In this document: positions 35,242 through 37,501 of the stretch, piece by piece
How positions within the stretch are numbered: the first letter of the stretch is position 1
How the letters are laid out: each line of letters begins with the position of its first letter
IMG/VR virus record: IMGVR_UViG_3300032212_000074
Coordinates: 1-37,501 of that record
Length of the DNA: 37,501 nucleotides
Source: a virus
Taxonomy: Duplodnaviria > Caudoviricetes
Reading direction: 5' to 3' (one strand)
The notes under the pieces: generated by a model
Database searches by the model: none
The model's input: the letters and a program-made list of their open reading frames with translations, nothing else
What the model was told of the DNA's origin: nothing
Translations under genes and position numbers: made by a program

Positions 35242-36003
35242 TTAATCTACCGGATCAAGATTCGCCAGCGCCTTTTCAACATCTGACACCTTGTATTTAT
35301 TCTCACCAACAAGAATAACCGGCTCATCGTTTTTCATTACATCAATGCCAGTTACGCGCTTGAAAATATCAGCATTAAATTCCGGTAATGATTTTATATA
35401 AATTAACCCTTCTTCTGGCATATCTTTCCATGCCTCGTATGGATCATCAATATCATCGGCTATTCCAGTAATTTGACTTGCATCAACTTTTGACCAATCA
35501 TTACCAGCCTGAACATATAACTGGAATGCATTATTAAATGCTGGTGACCAATCGCCCATAGATCGCTTAATTCCACTCATTACCTCGTCGAATCTGGATT
35601 CTGTTACTTCCGAACCAAAGATTTTAAATGTTTCTTTTTTGTCTGCGCAGAATATCTCATTGCATACACCAGAGCTATTTATCACGCCATAGCTGGAACT
35701 AACGCCATTGCTGTAACTAACGCCATAGCTGGAACGAACGCCATTGCTGGAACTAACGCCATTGCTGTAACGAACGCCATTGCTGGAACTAACGCCATTG
35801 CTGGAACGAACGCCATTGCTGTAACTAACGCCATTGCTGGAACTAACGCCATTGCTGGAACGAACGCCATTGCTGTAACTAACGCCATAGCTGGAACGAA
35901 CGCCATTGCTGGAACTAACGCCATTGCTGGAACGAACGCCATTGCTGTAACTAACGCCATTGCTGGAACGAACGCCTTCTGAATCTTCAATATTTTTATT
36001 CAT
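35242..36003 (-). CDS. hexapeptide-repeat (beta-solenoid-like) protein
   Basis: 16 x GV(R/S)(S/Y)S(N/Y) plus C-terminal W..M......I.SLP.F.ADIF...TGI domain. Confidence 0.8.
   Translation of the reverse strand: MNKNIEDSEGVRSSNGVSYSNGVRSSNGVSSSNGVRSSYGVSYSNGVRSSNGVSSSNGVSYSNGVRSSNGVSSSNGVRYSNGVSSSNGVRSSYGVSYSNGVSSSYGVINSSGVCNEIFCADKKETFKIFGSEVTESRFDEVMSGIKRSMGDWSPAFNNAFQLYVQAGNDWSKVDASQITGIADDIDDPYEAWKDMPEEGLIYIKSLPEFNADIFKRVTGIDVMKNDEPVILVGENKYKVSDVEKALANLDPVD
35689..35976 (-). repeat. 18-bp tandem repeat, 16 units
   Basis: Coding unit GGC GTT (A/C)GT T(C/A)C AGC (A/T)AT. Confidence 0.95.
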
Positions 36004-36143
36004 TTTGTTTCCCTCATTAATCTAGCCTTATCGGTCTTTTTGTTACATTGTGCTGTTATGTAGGGTGGCATTGGCTTGGGATGCTCACGCTTAATCTTTT
36101 CGTTTACCTTTATCCGTAACAGCAAATGTTCAAATCTTGTCAT
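36000..36143 (-). CDS. 47-aa basic protein (not in ORF track)
   Basis: MTRFEHLLLR...; AGGAG upstream; ATGA overlap. Confidence 0.5.
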   Translation of the reverse strand: MTRFEHLLLRIKVNEKIKREHPKPMPPYITAQCNKKTDKARLMRETK

Positions 36144-36237
36144 CTTTCCCGCTCCTATTTATTTACCCTATGACTACTATCTTAATGATTAAAATGTATT
36201 AATCTAATTCAATGTTTTGATAGGGGTAAAGTTTTAT

Positions 36238-36456
36238 TTATACTGCTTTTACACTCATGCAAATATCACTGTATGCTTTACCGATCAGGCTTTCTGAGCT
36301 ATCAGCACCGGCTAATCTGCAAGCCTCAGCGCAGGCATGGCGCGTTATCTTGTCCTGCTCTCTAAGAGCATCAAGAATCACCCAATAACCAAGGCCGCAA
36401 GCTGATAAATCTAATTTATCACAAATATACTCCGCTCTTTCTTCTACTGTTTTCAT
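36238..36456 (-). CDS. hypothetical phage protein
   Basis: ORF track; AGGTG RBS. Confidence 0.7.
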   Translation of the reverse strand: MKTVEERAEYICDKLDLSACGLGYWVILDALREQDKITRHACAEACRLAGADSSESLIGKAYSDICMSVKAV

Positions 36457-36479
36457 ATGTCACCTGTTTTGGTTAGTGG

Positions 36480-36722
36480 TTAAACGCCTACAATTTTTGC
36501 TATTTCAAGAAGAGTATTTATTTTATCTCTCTGAGAGCAATCTTGATCTGTTGTTTTGCTTATAGAGAAGTTAGGCCGCTCATTAATCATTTCGATTAAA
36601 ATATCTTCTAAGCTATCCCATGAATATTGAGTCTCGATATTGTGTACATTTCTAGCCATTACACGGCTTAATACTCTGCCTAACATTTCGTTATCTAACA
36701 TTTTATTATCCATCTCTCTCAT
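36480..36722 (-). CDS. hypothetical phage protein
   Basis: ORF track. Confidence 0.65.
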   Translation of the reverse strand: MREMDNKMLDNEMLGRVLSRVMARNVHNIETQYSWDSLEDILIEMINERPNFSISKTTDQDCSQRDKINTLLEIAKIVGV

Positions 36723-36740
36723 CCTTTATCTGTTAAGGGG

Positions 36741-37361
36741 TTAGCTAACGCCTTTATTAAAATCTATAGCCATCTGTTTTGCATCTGCCATTGTTTTTGC
36801 TATCCATTCGCCTCTGCCGCATTTAATCTCATAGAAATCATCTCCAACTATGTCGATTTCTTCTGGCTGCTTTCCAAAACCTTCTCTATCAAGATAACTA
36901 TCAAGTTCCATTAAATCATTAACTACAGGTATTTTTACCGGATGTGGAAGTATTCTAATACCGCTTCTATCTGGCAATATCTGGCATTCAGCCCTTTTAA
37001 GCTCTGCACATTCTTCTGAAATATCCGCATAGAAGGCAGCATGGTCATCTATCAAATCCTCTGGTGTTTTTGGTACATAATGACAATGACCTTTTTCGCA
37101 CTCTGAACCAACCTCAAACCCATAGATAGCACGATGACTCCATCCATACCACTTGTTATCCTTTGGACTAAAGCCAACGCCATGTGTTAACTCATCTGTA
37201 ATCTCACGATCTGCTAGGTATTTAATATTATCTTCCATTCCAACATGAGTTATATAGCTGTCATCAAAATTGCTTTTATAAACTTCTGACATTTCGCCAT
37301 TGCCAATAATATCTATTGTGTCTATGTATGCGACCTTGTTTAAATAATCTTGTACTTTCAT
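36741..37361 (-). CDS. conserved hypothetical phage protein
   Basis: GFS....KWYGWSHRAIYGF motif; AAGGAG RBS. Confidence 0.75.
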   Translation of the reverse strand: MKVQDYLNKVAYIDTIDIIGNGEMSEVYKSNFDDSYITHVGMEDNIKYLADREITDELTHGVGFSPKDNKWYGWSHRAIYGFEVGSECEKGHCHYVPKTPEDLIDDHAAFYADISEECAELKRAECQILPDRSGIRILPHPVKIPVVNDLMELDSYLDREGFGKQPEEIDIVGDDFYEIKCGRGEWIAKTMADAKQMAIDFNKGVS

Positions 37362-37501
37362 CTCACTGTCTCCTTCATTTTCCTAATGGCCTCGTTAGCC
37401 GTGTTAGGGTTGCACTTGTGGGTTATTCCAGCTCTATTCTGTCTTTAATCTGCTGGCGTAATTTTACTCTGTTATCAAATGGCGTTTTCATGCCGTCTAT
37501 C

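Noticed and set aside
35689-35976. Repeat array as a CRISPR array or DGR target
   Set aside because: No unique spacers or cas genes; no reverse transcriptase or separate template repeat; variation is binary rather than A-to-N.
35682-35990. Alternative-frame 102-aa ORF (VPAMAL repeats)
   Set aside because: By-product of a stop-free 18-bp repeat; it ends right after the array and has no evident RBS.
1-37501. Integrated prophage with att sites or host flanks
   Set aside because: No integrase, host housekeeping genes or terminal direct repeats were seen.

Overview
The window is a near-complete or complete genome of a short-tailed (P22/SU10-like) dsDNA phage, probably of a Gram-negative proteobacterial host (inference). 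A divergent promoter region (~1860-1982) drives a short rightward arm (2010-6218: small ORFs, Rad52/Sak-like annealase, Gp157-like, DUF1367, NinG). Everything else is on the minus strand. That includes small early ORFs, a hexapeptide-repeat protein, an SNF2-like helicase + DNA methyltransferase + MazG-like module, SSB, lysis genes, a 1194-aa beta-rich virion-like protein, terminase, portal, scaffold, capsid, tail, ejection proteins and a tailspike. I recognise no integrase, replication initiator, primase, polymerase or Q-type antiterminator. The most unusual signals are non-coding: a 119-nt CCA-terminated tRNA-shaped RNA with no canonical anticodon arm plus a second structured RNA just upstream of the endolysin, two families of repeated hairpins at structural-gene RBSs, and a switch-like leader before the recombinase. 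Also notable are an ATA start overlapping a TAG stop and an unannotated lipoprotein in the tail module. All family assignments come from motif recognition and all RNA folds from manual pairing; no database searches were run.
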